Positions 1 to 9,986 of a stretch of 64,000 nucleotides of DNA are shown here, piece by piece. The first letter of the stretch is position 1. Every line of letters begins with the position of its first letter. Location of the stretch: the sequence record OR699282.2. One strand, given 5' to 3'. Below the pieces are notes generated by a model, which was not told where the DNA came from, made no database searches, and was given only the letters and a program-made list of their open reading frames with translations. Both the position numbers and the translations under genes were made by a program.

Positions 1-267
1 AGTTTTATTGTAGGTGATATTGATGCATTCAAGTATTTTGACAAAGGTGCAAAACATTTTGAAATTCAATGTCTTAGTACTGCACTATGTGAACTCATTA
101 AAATTTACATAAAAGAGTATTTGGGTATTGACAATGTACGTGTACCAGAGTATACTTTTTCTATTGAATTCGATTGTGAATCAATCAAAGAGTTTGGAAT
201 TCTTTTCAATAAACAAATAGAACTTGCAATTCAAAACGAAATCAAGTACTATACTACTAACATTTAA
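1..267 (+). CDS. hypothetical protein, 5'-truncated by window
   Basis: open frame from base 1 to TAA 265-267. Confidence 0.7.
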   Translation, partial: SFIVGDIDAFKYFDKGAKHFEIQCLSTALCELIKIYIKEYLGIDNVRVPEYTFSIEFDCESIKEFGILFNKQIELAIQNEIKYYTTNI

Positions 268-282
268 TCAGAGGAAATTATC

Positions 283-465
283 ATGCAAATTATCATTCTT
301 ATCGTTGGCATCATGCTGGGTGTTTACGGTCACTCCTGGATGAACGAGAAGTTTCCTAATACGCGTCCTGAGTATTGCAGTACTAATGTATTCCAGAATG
401 GTGAGAAACCAAAGGAAAGCATTGGTAAAAAGCTGGATAAAGTACTTGATGTGATCAATGAATAA
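283..465 (+). CDS. small membrane-anchored protein
   Basis: GAGG RBS; hydrophobic N-terminus MQIIILIVGIMLGVY. Confidence 0.75.
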   Translation: MQIIILIVGIMLGVYGHSWMNEKFPNTRPEYCSTNVFQNGEKPKESIGKKLDKVLDVINE

Positions 466-676
466 GGGCCATAAAATGTTTAAACCGAATTCCAATGTTG
501 GTAAGAAAGTTCAATTACTTGAAGATGTATCCACCATGAGTGGAATTTTCCCAAGAGGTCACATCATGACTATTATTGCCGAAACATCCCGTGGGTGGGA
601 TTTGGAAGATGCTGATGGTAATCGCATCCTTGAGGCTGGATTCTATGGTCATCGTGAATATAAAATCATTGATTAA
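458..676 (+). CDS. hypothetical protein
   Basis: overlaps upstream stop; operon context. Confidence 0.75.
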   Translation: MNKGHKMFKPNSNVGKKVQLLEDVSTMSGIFPRGHIMTIIAETSRGWDLEDADGNRILEAGFYGHREYKIID

Positions 677-772
677 GGATACAACATGACTTTAGAGATT
701 GTCTTTGGTATTGTTAGCTTAGTCGTCTGTGTGGGTTGGTTTGGGTATCTGATGATTTTTGGTGATTAATAC

Positions 773-800
773 TTGACATAAGATATCAGTACTGTATAAT
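773..800 (+). promoter_or_regulatory. sigma70 promoter
   Basis: TTGACA-16-TATAAT, AGTACT in spacer. Confidence 0.85.
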
Positions 801-893
801 GTTTATATCAAAGGGAATGCAGTGAAAGGAAAGACAGCATAATCGTACTCGTCACTGCGTTCCCGCCCTTTTAAATTAAATGAGGAATTAACT

Positions 894-1202
894 ATGTTTC
901 AAACTAACACTCAAGGTTTTGTAATCATCGATTTGAATCAAAACAGCGGTTATTGGATGAAACCTACTGACGCATGTATGCAGTTTGATTTTTTAGGTTA
1001 CAGGATTAGTGTAAGTACTGGTGCTTCTGTACTGCGTGGTGGTTGTATCGTTGAACATCTGGTAACTGATCCAGAAGGTCGTGAGTATGAAATCGCAGGT
1101 TCGGTACAAGATGCCATTATGTTTGTATGTCAGCGTGAAATGAATAGTTCGAATTCAAATGCACTGACTCATGCTCTTTCTCAAGAAGTGGAGGTTCGTT
1201 AA
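894..1202 (+). CDS. hypothetical protein
   Basis: GAGGA RBS; ORF track. Confidence 0.8.
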   Translation: MFQTNTQGFVIIDLNQNSGYWMKPTDACMQFDFLGYRISVSTGASVLRGGCIVEHLVTDPEGREYEIAGSVQDAIMFVCQREMNSSNSNALTHALSQEVEVR

Positions 1203-1453
1203 TGAAATATATCGTAGCAGTACTCGTTGCATTTTTACTCACTGCATGTGACGCTTCAACAAAAGAACGCACAAGTGATTTTATTCTCCCTATTGAATTA
1301 CAAGAAGCAGGATGTAAGATTTATCGTATGCAAAAGGACGGTGCTGGCGTAACCTTGTATACAGTTTATTGCCCTAATGCAAATACCAGTACTGGATACA
1401 GCAGCGGTAAAACACGAATCAATACTTCAGTGATTAATGGAGTACAACAATGA
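1202..1453 (+). CDS. lipoprotein
   Basis: signal peptide with lipobox LTAC. Confidence 0.8.
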   Translation: MKYIVAVLVAFLLTACDASTKERTSDFILPIELQEAGCKIYRMQKDGAGVTLYTVYCPNANTSTGYSSGKTRINTSVINGVQQ

Positions 1454-1818
1454 GCCTTGATACAACCCGTGCAACAGATTTATTAACTCGTATGAATAAT
1501 GAAGAATTTCTTGCTGAAATAAAGTACAAGCTTGAAAAACTGGCACGAAGTGCTGAAGTAATTGAAGTTGAAGGTCACTTACCAATGGACCAATTCAATA
1601 CGTTCAACGAAGATATGGTTTATTATCCAAATGAAATTTGGATTGAGTGGGAGTCATGGACTAACAAAACTCTACGCATTGAAGGTTATTGTGTGAATTA
1701 TGAATCTGAACCTGGTGATGTTACAAAAACTCTCTCCATTTGGTGTACAAAAACACATGAACTCGTTGAGGTGAATTTGAATTATATGAAAGGTTTCCGT
1801 TGGGGTGATGTTCAATGA
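1450..1818 (+). CDS. hypothetical protein
   Basis: ATGA overlap; GGAG RBS. Confidence 0.8.
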   Translation: MSLDTTRATDLLTRMNNEEFLAEIKYKLEKLARSAEVIEVEGHLPMDQFNTFNEDMVYYPNEIWIEWESWTNKTLRIEGYCVNYESEPGDVTKTLSIWCTKTHELVEVNLNYMKGFRWGDVQ

Positions 1819-2090
1819 TTAAAAAACTATTGACAGTTGTCTTTGTATTCTGTACAATGTTTCTTACAGCATGTAATGATGACGGCAGGTTTAGTGCAAA
1901 AGACTTAGTTCGTCAGGATTGTACATTCACAGGTAAGTCTTTTATTAACGAGTATGAGGTATGTACACAATCAGGCCGTATCTGTGGTGGTTGGGAAAAA
2001 CGACAGGAGCGATTGTATGTATATGAATGCCCTGGACATCACAACAAAGTACTAAGCACACACAAACTTGTTTATGATAAGGTTGAATAA
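1815..2090 (+). CDS. lipoprotein, Cys-rich
   Basis: signal peptide with lipobox LTAC; four further Cys in mature part. Confidence 0.8.
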   Translation: MIKKLLTVVFVFCTMFLTACNDDGRFSAKDLVRQDCTFTGKSFINEYEVCTQSGRICGGWEKRQERLYVYECPGHHNKVLSTHKLVYDKVE

Positions 2091-2305
2091 TGACTACCAA
2101 TGAAATGATGCAGGTTATTTGGGATAAAGGTTGTGATATTAAAATCACTAGTACTGATGTTCGTGTATTCAAAACTGAATATATGGAGTACTTGGACCTT
2201 GATACTTATAATAATATTGTATCAATTGAACACAAAGGTGCAGTACTGGAAACCATTGACGTAGTACTCAAGAAAGCTACCGACCTATTAGGAGTGGCAG
2301 TGTGA
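2090..2305 (+). CDS. hypothetical protein
   Basis: coupled start; ORF track. Confidence 0.75.
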   Translation: MTTNEMMQVIWDKGCDIKITSTDVRVFKTEYMEYLDLDTYNNIVSIEHKGAVLETIDVVLKKATDLLGVAV

Positions 2306-2456
2306 ATAACAAAGAGTGGGAAGATTACCGCAAGAAGTGCAGGGAGTTTGATAAAGAACTTACTGGTACAGTGAATGCAGTAATGTGGGTATCTGTAATT
2401 ATTGCAGTTCTTGCGTTGGGTGCTATTATTATTAATAAATTATTCTAAGGACTAAT

Positions 2457-2657
2457 ATGTTTACTTTATATCTTGCAGTAGTACTAACTAATGGTGAAAT
2501 CACTCGCACCGTTGGTGAAGGTGTATATAAAACACCTGATCAGTGTTACTCTGCAACTCATTGGCCTCGTGATGCTGGTGATGAATCTCGCACTGAATAC
2601 AAATGTATGAAGGTTAAAGGTGACTTTGTAAATCTAAAGGTTATTGAGACTAAGTAA
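2457..2657 (+). CDS. hypothetical protein
   Basis: AAGGA RBS. Confidence 0.75.
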   Translation: MFTLYLAVVLTNGEITRTVGEGVYKTPDQCYSATHWPRDAGDESRTEYKCMKVKGDFVNLKVIETK

Positions 2658-3175
2658 TGGATATTAATGAGTTGTTGAAATTAGTGTTTAATCGTGAACG
2701 CCGCGATACAAGACCAATTGAATATCAAGATGTGATACGCATTGAAACTGATTTCTGTTATGGTAAAACAACTCATGACCTTTTGAATCTCTCTGGAAAA
2801 CGCTATGCTGATGTTTGTTTTTCAGAGAGAAGTGATGGTTCAGAAATAACGAGTACTGATATTGTTTGTTACGCACGCAGTGCTGATAAATCTTATGAAA
2901 TAGAACTTATATATTCCCCTAGTTCTAAAACAAATCATCACCGCCATATTTTATATGATGTTTACACACCACCTGGTATTGCTGAATATTTTGTTATTGA
3001 TTATAGTACTGAAGAAAATGTGTTTCAACAAAGTTTGATTCATAACTTTGAGGTTAATGATCCATTAGTGCCAAAGTTATTCAAACTACTTGACACCATC
3101 GATGTTGATTTTGAATTTGTTATGTGTATTAGAACTTCTTTATTCAATGAATTCATGGAACTTTTTAATATATGA
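2657..3175 (+). CDS. hypothetical protein, EE.F(Q/M).S(L/I) paralog family
   Basis: STEENVFQQSLI motif shared with 8212, 23657, 39277. Confidence 0.75.
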   Translation: MDINELLKLVFNRERRDTRPIEYQDVIRIETDFCYGKTTHDLLNLSGKRYADVCFSERSDGSEITSTDIVCYARSADKSYEIELIYSPSSKTNHHRHILYDVYTPPGIAEYFVIDYSTEENVFQQSLIHNFEVNDPLVPKLFKLLDTIDVDFEFVMCIRTSLFNEFMELFNI

Positions 3176-3393
3176 ATAGATACTATGTTGTGTATGAACA
3201 CGTCTCTGAATTTAATAACATACGAGGTTATTCCAGAGTTGTCACAAAGATGGATGTATTCATTCGTGCTCTTAGTGAAGTGGATGCACTGTTTAAATTG
3301 TTTGATGAAATTACAAAGTATAACACACCCAAAACACACCGCTATGTGGAAACTGTACATAGCATTATACTAACTGAAAGTGATGAGGAATGA
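3172..3393 (+). CDS. hypothetical protein
   Basis: coupled start. Confidence 0.7.
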   Translation: MNRYYVVYEHVSEFNNIRGYSRVVTKMDVFIRALSEVDALFKLFDEITKYNTPKTHRYVETVHSIILTESDEE

Positions 3394-3396
3394 TAA

Positions 3397-3615
3397 ATGA
3401 ATTTATATCTAGTTGAAGGTTTAGTACAAGTCTATAAACCAGAAGGTGAAGGTCAACGTTTTTCACACGTAGAAGAATTTAAGTACGTTGTACAGGCTGA
3501 TGGTCAGTACGATGCGGAAATTCAAGTAGATGAATCATTCCGTAAGAAAAATGAAATTGGTAAATTTCAATACCAGAACTTACAATATAAAGTATGGCCT
3601 AGTATAAATGACTAA
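3397..3615 (+). CDS. hypothetical protein
   Basis: GAGGA RBS. Confidence 0.7.
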   Translation: MNLYLVEGLVQVYKPEGEGQRFSHVEEFKYVVQADGQYDAEIQVDESFRKKNEIGKFQYQNLQYKVWPSIND

Positions 3616-3823
3616 GATGTGGTGGTGTCATGGTGTATATAACGTGTATGTAAATGGTAGATATAAAATGTCTAGTACCTATGCAAGACGTGTTAATGCG
3701 AACAACCAAGTTGATGCTGCTTGTGAGATCATTGAGTGGTATGCTGAGTTCAATGCACCTGACTATATGTACGAAATAGTTACAATAAATGTTGTACAAA
3801 TCGATACATCTTTGATACAATAA
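3608..3823 (+). CDS. hypothetical protein
   Basis: coupled start. Confidence 0.7.
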   Translation: MTKMWWCHGVYNVYVNGRYKMSSTYARRVNANNQVDAACEIIEWYAEFNAPDYMYEIVTINVVQIDTSLIQ

Positions 3824-3855
3824 CCACATCAAAAAAATTGCATCTGAGGATACTT

Positions 3856-4518
3856 ATGTTAGTTAATCTTAATTTCATCACTTCACCTGACTGGGCATTA
3901 CGTGGAGTTTCTTTAAACTTCAAGGAAACTATGTTTGACTACATTGGTGAGTGTACATTGGTAAATGCAACTTTTGATCCAAATCATCCGTTTTGGGCTG
4001 AAATTCATGATCCAAATGTAAACAACAATACATCTGTTATGACTATTGTCCAGACTAAACATGCAGGTATCCTTGCAGGTTATCGACCTGCACATGCAAT
4101 TGAACACTTCACTGATTACGATGTCGTGGATGAATACCCAATGATCCATGAAGATGGAAGTCTATACACATCTGAAGACTTCCGTGCTATCTTTAATAGT
4201 ACTGATGATATTCTACCAAGTGGACGTCCACGTCCTGAGTCTTATCTTATGCATCCATCTTATGGTGTAGCAGATACGCTTGAACAGATTATGAATAAGT
4301 ACAAGAACCTAATTGAAGGTCCAGAAGAAATTGTCCTGTGCTATCACCCAGTACTGAAGTCTGAACAACCAAAGGATGGTGGATGGCGTTGGCATAAGAA
4401 TGGTGAGTATATCGGTACTAAACGAAGTAAAGAACGTTTTGAGTACTTGTATGATGAGCCAGATGTTGATGTGGTTTTGTGTTATAATTTTATTAAGGTG
4501 AAAAAGAAATGTATCTAG
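3856..4518 (+). CDS. hypothetical protein
   Basis: GAGGA RBS before ATG 3856 (start corrected from ORF track). Confidence 0.8.
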   Translation: MLVNLNFITSPDWALRGVSLNFKETMFDYIGECTLVNATFDPNHPFWAEIHDPNVNNNTSVMTIVQTKHAGILAGYRPAHAIEHFTDYDVVDEYPMIHEDGSLYTSEDFRAIFNSTDDILPSGRPRPESYLMHPSYGVADTLEQIMNKYKNLIEGPEEIVLCYHPVLKSEQPKDGGWRWHKNGEYIGTKRSKERFEYLYDEPDVDVVLCYNFIKVKKKCI

Positions 4519-4751
4519 TACTAAGTTTTGTTGTTGCACTATTGTTTATGTTCTATCCTACACTAGTGGCATTAGCCACTAGGCGAACGATGGTAGATCT
4601 CACTACTGTATTCTTGCTAAACGTGGCATTAGTACTGGTGTCTATTATCATTCCAGTGAGCTTTACAGTTATTGATATTATTTCGGTATTACTCTTCGTG
4701 TTAAGTTATCTTATGCTTATTGAAGAAACAAATGTTGACAAACGTTCGTAG
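4509..4751 (+). CDS. small membrane protein
   Basis: almost entirely hydrophobic. Confidence 0.75.
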   Translation: MYLVLSFVVALLFMFYPTLVALATRRTMVDLTTVFLLNVALVLVSIIIPVSFTVIDIISVLLFVLSYLMLIEETNVDKRS

Positions 4752-4762
4752 TACTGTATAAT
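4735..4762 (+). promoter_or_regulatory. sigma70 promoter
   Basis: TTGACA-16-TATAAT. Confidence 0.8.
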
Positions 4763-4809
4763 GGTTCCTGTAGTCTGAAACTTAACACTTAAACTTGAGG
4801 TAAAAAAAT

Positions 4810-5136
4810 ATGCTATCAGTACTAATTTCAATTCCGTCTTTAATTCTGATTTGGCTTCTGGTTTACGAATGCTTTATTACTGATGATAATGATAAAAAAG
4901 AGTTCTCTGAGTTGTTTATGCTTGATTCACCGATTGTGCGTATTTTCTATACAGTCGTTGTGGTTTCAGTAATTGTATGGATTTTGAGTTTTATCTTCCC
5001 ACTCGGTGCAGTAGTTAAAACTTTGGATTTAGTTGAGAACTTTGTTGCAATTATGTGGCTAATCAAAGCACTATTTGCAGGAAATGTTAAAATTTGGATT
5101 GATATTATCAAATTCAAGTTCACGAATAAGATGTAA
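4810..5136 (+). CDS. small membrane protein
   Basis: GAGG RBS; about 3 hydrophobic segments. Confidence 0.8.
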   Translation: MLSVLISIPSLILIWLLVYECFITDDNDKKEFSELFMLDSPIVRIFYTVVVVSVIVWILSFIFPLGAVVKTLDLVENFVAIMWLIKALFAGNVKIWIDIIKFKFTNKM

Positions 5137-5214
5137 CAGTGAAAATATCTCTATAGTATTAAATACTTCTGTACATATATATAGTACAGAAGTATTTCTC
5201 GTTAGAGGTTTGTT

Positions 5215-5574
5215 ATGAAGAGTTATATAAAATTAATAGCACTTGTGTGTGCATTATTTTCATGTTTTAGTTATGGTGCAGCAGCAGAAACATATTGTCG
5301 TAGTACTAAGGGAACGTGGCATGTATTGACTAACGACCCTAGAAATGGTAAAAATATAGTTGTTGATGGTGTGATTTATCGTTTTAAAGTAGAAAGTATT
5401 ATCGGTAATAAAAAAATCTCGACTTATAGAGATGATTCTGGTACATTAGCAAACGTAATATTAATTGTAGACCCAAGAACTGGTAATGGTGATATCTATA
5501 TAGTAATTTACTTGGACTCATCGGTACGCCGTGACCTAGATATAGATAAATTGAACTTACACTGTGAAATATAG
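5215..5574 (+). CDS. exported protein (paralog of 5965)
   Basis: signal peptide ending SYGA-A; IVVDG..Y.F segment like 5965. Confidence 0.75.
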   Translation: MKSYIKLIALVCALFSCFSYGAAAETYCRSTKGTWHVLTNDPRNGKNIVVDGVIYRFKVESIIGNKKISTYRDDSGTLANVILIVDPRTGNGDIYIVIYLDSSVRRDLDIDKLNLHCEI

Positions 5575-5584
5575 GACTTAAAAA

Positions 5585-5962
5585 ATGGTAAACACTATTT
5601 TACTTTTGTTGTTGAATATTCCAATTATTCTGTCTTTTTTAATTTCTATTTTTATGGCAGGATATTGTTTAGTTGCAGTAATTCATTTCATTTTAACAAA
5701 CAAATATGTCCTAATTTCTAAGCTTGATTCTATTTTTGCTTGCGATTCGATTGCTTATAACTTGTGGTTAATTTGTTCTTGCATTATGGGAGTAACTTTC
5801 CTTCTGTATGTATTTGATGTCCTTGACCAAAAGTTCGTATACATCAGTACTGGATTGGCTCTTTATCCTGCTACGTGGTACTTGATTTACGTTGGTGATA
5901 TATGGTATAGTACTTATAAAGAATATCAGTACAAGAAATCACTTAACGTTGGAGGAAAATAA
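5585..5962 (+). CDS. membrane protein
   Basis: 3 hydrophobic segments. Confidence 0.75.
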   Translation: MVNTILLLLLNIPIILSFLISIFMAGYCLVAVIHFILTNKYVLISKLDSIFACDSIAYNLWLICSCIMGVTFLLYVFDVLDQKFVYISTGLALYPATWYLIYVGDIWYSTYKEYQYKKSLNVGGK

Positions 5963-5964
5963 TC

Positions 5965-6315
5965 ATGAAAATTATTTTATTTTTTGTATGTATGTTAATG
6001 TGTGGATTGTCATATGCTGAACCATTGGAAGGTTTAGTTTGTACAGATGGTAATATTAAACATATCTATCAAGGTGATAGTGACAATCGAGATATTGTAT
6101 ATATTGATGGACAATCATATACGTTTGTTAAAGAGCATACAGTAGGCGACATTAGCTTCACTGAGTTTTCTAACGACACAGACCCTAACTTCTTAGCGTT
6201 TATTGAAGTAGATGTATATGAAGATAGTAATGGCACACAATATGCTAAATTAGTTATGATGCGTCGTGGTGCTAAAGAAACTAGTTTTGGTGGCTTGTGT
6301 AAATATAAGGATTGA
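5965..6315 (+). CDS. exported protein (paralog of 5215)
   Basis: signal peptide ending LSYA; GGAGG RBS. Confidence 0.75.
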   Translation: MKIILFFVCMLMCGLSYAEPLEGLVCTDGNIKHIYQGDSDNRDIVYIDGQSYTFVKEHTVGDISFTEFSNDTDPNFLAFIEVDVYEDSNGTQYAKLVMMRRGAKETSFGGLCKYKD

Positions 6316-6319
6316 TATT

Positions 6320-6511
6320 ATGTTGATTTATCAAAGTGATAATATTCGTGTTATGCAGCATCCCTACTTACAAATCTTTGATGTGCAGCAGTATATGGAA
6401 GGTGATGACCCAAGAACCTATGGTCGTAAGTATGATTACTTCACTGTAAAGCAGTGTAAAAATATTAACGAAGTACGACAATTAGTTCAAGAACTTCAAA
6501 ACAAAGGTTGA
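6320..6511 (+). CDS. hypothetical protein
   Basis: AAGGA RBS before ATG 6320. Confidence 0.7.
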   Translation: MLIYQSDNIRVMQHPYLQIFDVQQYMEGDDPRTYGRKYDYFTVKQCKNINEVRQLVQELQNKG

Positions 6512-6537
6512 CTTCGGTCAGCCTTTTTTGTTATAAT
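6503..6537 (+). terminator. fused intrinsic terminator / sigma70 promoter cassette
   Basis: AGGTTGAC-TTCG-GTCAGCCT-T tract; TTGACT in 5' arm, 18 bp, TGn-TATAAT. Further copies near 9745, 9929, 11273, 12358, 16930, 18213, 19934, 53355, 57392, 60383, 62646. Confidence 0.85.
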
Positions 6538-6565
6538 TCTCTTAATAAATTAGAGGATTTTAATT

Positions 6566-7006
6566 ATGTATGTATATCGTTTTGAACTTAAATTTAGTTA
6601 CATTGAACCTAACTTAGATCCTGCACGAACTGTAGGTCCGTTTGCACGGTATTCAACTAGATACAGTACTAAAAATGGATTTGACCGTTTGTGCATGACC
6701 ACACCTTCGCAATTCCAACCAGAACCAACTGAAGATGGAATCTATTCAATCAAACGTGGCTGGGTATTTGGCTGTCAAAGTTTGAAAGATTTGTTCAGAT
6801 TCTTCACTATGGACTTGGGTAAATTGCATCGTGCTGGGTTTGCTATATCTGTATATGAAGTTCCAGACCACCATGTAGACATTGGTCGTAATCAGGTTCA
6901 GTACTATTGCGGTAGTGCTAAATTAGTTCGTATCATGTCAGTTAAGGAAGCAAAGGATGAGTTCCGACAAAGTAAAAGAGAAACACATGAGGTAATATAT
7001 GGATAA
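6566..7006 (+). CDS. hypothetical protein
   Basis: GAGGA RBS. Confidence 0.8.
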   Translation: MYVYRFELKFSYIEPNLDPARTVGPFARYSTRYSTKNGFDRLCMTTPSQFQPEPTEDGIYSIKRGWVFGCQSLKDLFRFFTMDLGKLHRAGFAISVYEVPDHHVDIGRNQVQYYCGSAKLVRIMSVKEAKDEFRQSKRETHEVIYG

Positions 7007-7343
7007 AACTCAAATAGAATTAAAGAAATTTGTTTCATTCTATTTTCCTGATGACCCACGTAATTCACAAAAAGATATTGAATATTATAATATCCTATCT
7101 AAACAGTTAATGAGAAAGTTTCAACAGTGTTTAACTATATTCAATACAGATGGAAGACGTAGATACCGAATCGTTTCAATGAATGATGAAAACGCAAATT
7201 TCTTTGATTACGATGTAGTTTTTAGAGCATATAATGATGATCGTATAAAATTAAATTATGATCAAATTATACTTGACCTGAATGTTATATGTGTTATAAT
7301 CACTCACGTAGCCGAACTTAATGGTTTTAAAGAATGGTATTGA
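6999..7343 (+). CDS. hypothetical protein
   Basis: GAGG RBS, overlap. Confidence 0.75.
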   Translation: MDKTQIELKKFVSFYFPDDPRNSQKDIEYYNILSKQLMRKFQQCLTIFNTDGRRRYRIVSMNDENANFFDYDVVFRAYNDDRIKLNYDQIILDLNVICVIITHVAELNGFKEWY

Positions 7344-7357
7344 ATAGAGGATAACAT

Positions 7358-7624
7358 ATGAAGCTTAAATTACAATATAATGGATTTACTTTACGTAATG
7401 ATACTGAATTTATTAATCGTTCTCCTGGTGCTGAACTGTTTTTACGAGAGATGAACATTCCTTTCATCATTACTACAGTGGGCGACCGTGAAGTTCTACA
7501 ATATGCAGAGCATCCGATTATTGATGTTCCTTGGTACTCTGAGCATATGTACATGGATATGGCACGTCGCTACAACTGTAAGTTCGTAGTTGAAGGTGAT
7601 AAAATTACAGTCGAATTTAAATAA
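7358..7624 (+). CDS. hypothetical protein
   Basis: GAGGA RBS. Confidence 0.8.
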   Translation: MKLKLQYNGFTLRNDTEFINRSPGAELFLREMNIPFIITTVGDREVLQYAEHPIIDVPWYSEHMYMDMARRYNCKFVVEGDKITVEFK

Positions 7625-7636
7625 GGTAAATTAAAA

Positions 7637-7930
7637 ATGATCAGTACTTCAGTTAATGAAAGCATCGTCGCTGACGTAGAAATGGTTAAAGAATGTGCAG
7701 ATGAAACTCTTCGTGATATGTACATTAATGATTTAATTACTGAATACGGTAGTCGTGGTGTACACGAATTTATTCGTTTAAGTGGAGAGTTGATGAAAAA
7801 TCGAATTCGTATGAAGCTTAACGTACATCCAAAAGCATGGGCATTTACATTAAAATACGCAGAAGATATTGTGAATTTGCGTCGAACTGAAGTATATGAA
7901 CGTTTGCACAATGGTATGTTAGATAAATGA
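7637..7930 (+). CDS. hypothetical protein
   Basis: AAGG RBS. Confidence 0.75.
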   Translation: MISTSVNESIVADVEMVKECADETLRDMYINDLITEYGSRGVHEFIRLSGELMKNRIRMKLNVHPKAWAFTLKYAEDIVNLRRTEVYERLHNGMLDK

Positions 7931-7934
7931 TTGT

Positions 7935-7967
7935 AAAAAAGGAATTCTTAAATGAATTCCTTTTTGT
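7935..7967. terminator. bidirectional intrinsic terminator
   Basis: A-tract GGAATTC loop GAATTCC T-tract. Confidence 0.75.
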
Positions 7968-7982
7968 TTATAAGGTATAGTA

Positions 7983-8204
7983 ATGAAATATATAGTACTT
8001 GTACTGATATTATTCAGTACTGTTGTAAGTGCTAAACAAAAAGAATATGTTAAATGTATAAATTATGAAGAGAAATATGTTGAAACATATAAAAAAAGTA
8101 TAATTAAAAACGTTTCGATTACTAACAGAGCAACAATCATTGTACTTAAAAATGGGTTAATTATGCTATATAAACCACACGTTAAATGTGAAATTATTAA
8201 TTGA
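7983..8204 (+). CDS. exported protein
   Basis: signal peptide ending VVSA. Confidence 0.7.
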   Translation: MKYIVLVLILFSTVVSAKQKEYVKCINYEEKYVETYKKSIIKNVSITNRATIIVLKNGLIMLYKPHVKCEIIN

Positions 8205-8211
8205 GGAAATT

Positions 8212-8784
8212 ATGAATCGTAAAGGTCGTTTTAAAGTATCAAAAAAGAACAAAAGTTCTAGGTTTAAACCTATTGTTTTAACAGTTAAATCTAACAAAGA
8301 TTTAACTGCACTTAGTAAAAAGATAATTTCATCTAAGATTGAAGTATCATACGTAAATTCATTAAAATATATGAATGTCAAACCACTGGACCAACTCATT
8401 TCACTTATATTTGAACGTAATGATTTTGAGATATCAGTAGATGATTATAGAGCCTATAATGCTGGTTTCATTAATGTTACTTGTAATAAAAAACTAACTG
8501 AGTTGGAAAATTTGTCATGTATAATAAATCTAGATAAAGGTGTTGTGAAGTACCATTTTGTACATTTCACTAATATCAATAATGGAATGGGTGTACAATC
8601 CAGACCTATAGTGCCTACGTGTGATGTTACTAAATTAGCAAAGCTCAATGATGAAGAATATTTTCAAGAAAGCATTGTAACTGAGCATTTAGATGATATA
8701 ATAGCTACTTACAAAGAATGCATATGGGTGTTGAATGCTATAAAACCTAAATTGTGTTTAATGAATATTGTTCGTGATTTATGA
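8212..8784 (+). CDS. hypothetical protein, EE.F(Q/M).S(L/I) paralog family
   Basis: GAGGA RBS; NDEEYFQESIV motif. Confidence 0.75.
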   Translation: MNRKGRFKVSKKNKSSRFKPIVLTVKSNKDLTALSKKIISSKIEVSYVNSLKYMNVKPLDQLISLIFERNDFEISVDDYRAYNAGFINVTCNKKLTELENLSCIINLDKGVVKYHFVHFTNINNGMGVQSRPIVPTCDVTKLAKLNDEEYFQESIVTEHLDDIIATYKECIWVLNAIKPKLCLMNIVRDL

Positions 8785-8797
8785 ATGGGGAATCGTA

Positions 8798-9241
8798 ATG
8801 AGTTGGGTAAATGTTAATAGTATTGAACTTAACGAACAAGATATTTTTGCATTTGTAAATTTAACTAATAACACAGTACTAAAAGGGCGTTTGTTCAGTG
8901 CTAGTGATGGGTACAAATGGATCTCTTTGATGGATGATAGTGGTGTGATTTATAATGTAATGCAATTACCCCAATGGGTATATAGTAACACTGCTGACGA
9001 TGTTCTTACCGCAGTTATGCGTGAGTTTGAAAAACTCCCAGGTGGTGATATCAAAAACAAAGTTTTTAATGCAGAACGTAAAAATTATACAGCACAGCAA
9101 TTGGAATCCCTTGCCATTGCTGCTTATCAAGCTGCTATTAAGAAGCCAGAGTGCGTTATTCTTAAGTATGTACCAGACTTAAAACTTACGTTGGAAGACA
9201 TGGATGCATTCATTTTTACATCTGAACTTGATCAGTACTAA
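8798..9241 (+). CDS. hypothetical protein
   Basis: GGGGA RBS before ATG 8798. Confidence 0.75.
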   Translation: MSWVNVNSIELNEQDIFAFVNLTNNTVLKGRLFSASDGYKWISLMDDSGVIYNVMQLPQWVYSNTADDVLTAVMREFEKLPGGDIKNKVFNAERKNYTAQQLESLAIAAYQAAIKKPECVILKYVPDLKLTLEDMDAFIFTSELDQY

Positions 9242-9312
9242 TTTAACTTTGGGACAACCATTCTTATTATGATATAATGTTTTATGTCATTCGATATAAA
9301 TGACAACGGAAC

Positions 9313-9320
9313 TATAAATA
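9313..9320 (+). promoter_or_regulatory. T4-type late promoter
   Basis: TATAAATA upstream of 9357; second copy 9961-9968. Confidence 0.6.
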
Positions 9321-9356
9321 TTATAGTAAAATTTATCTCTTATAGGAGTTATAAAA

Positions 9357-9740
9357 ATGGTTGATAAATGGAATAAGAAAGATCCATCACATGATGTTGA
9401 TATTTCTGGTCTAGACAATGCACATAAGCACAAGTATCTAGATTCACTAGGTCTTCTAAAACCAGACCAAAGTCTTGCACATGATCGTCCATCCCGTGAA
9501 AAAGCATTTAGCCTAGAATCACTAGGTCATGAGCTTAATCGTGTGTTTGAGGATCACCCAATCTATGTACGTGATATTATCGAGAAACTTAAAGTAACTC
9601 CTAAAGAGCACTTTAAAGCAACTGTACACTCTGCATTCCGTGCATTACATGAATCTCTAAAGAAAACTCACAATCTTCGTAAAATTCATGATGAAATCGT
9701 GAATGCTATCGAAAGTGAAAAACATAAGTTCAAGAAGTAA
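9357..9740 (+). CDS. His/Lys-rich protein, possible internal virion protein
   Basis: late promoter; AGGAG RBS; KYLDSLGLL segment shared with 9987 gene. Confidence 0.7.
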   Translation: MVDKWNKKDPSHDVDISGLDNAHKHKYLDSLGLLKPDQSLAHDRPSREKAFSLESLGHELNRVFEDHPIYVRDIIEKLKVTPKEHFKATVHSAFRALHESLKKTHNLRKIHDEIVNAIESEKHKFKK

Positions 9741-9986
9741 TAAAAAGGGTTGACTAAGGTCAGCCCTTTGTTGTATCATAACTTCTCAATATAACTGAGG
9801 TATCATATATGCAAGGTTTAAAATTTGTAGTTGCTGCACTCATCGCCGCAGTACTGGTTGGTGGTGTATTCTATGTAGTGGATCAAAAAGTAAATCCACC
9901 TGCACAAGAACAATCTACGTAACAAAATAAGGTTGACTTCGGTCAGCCTTTTCTTTATACTATAAATATAGACATAGAGAAAAAAA

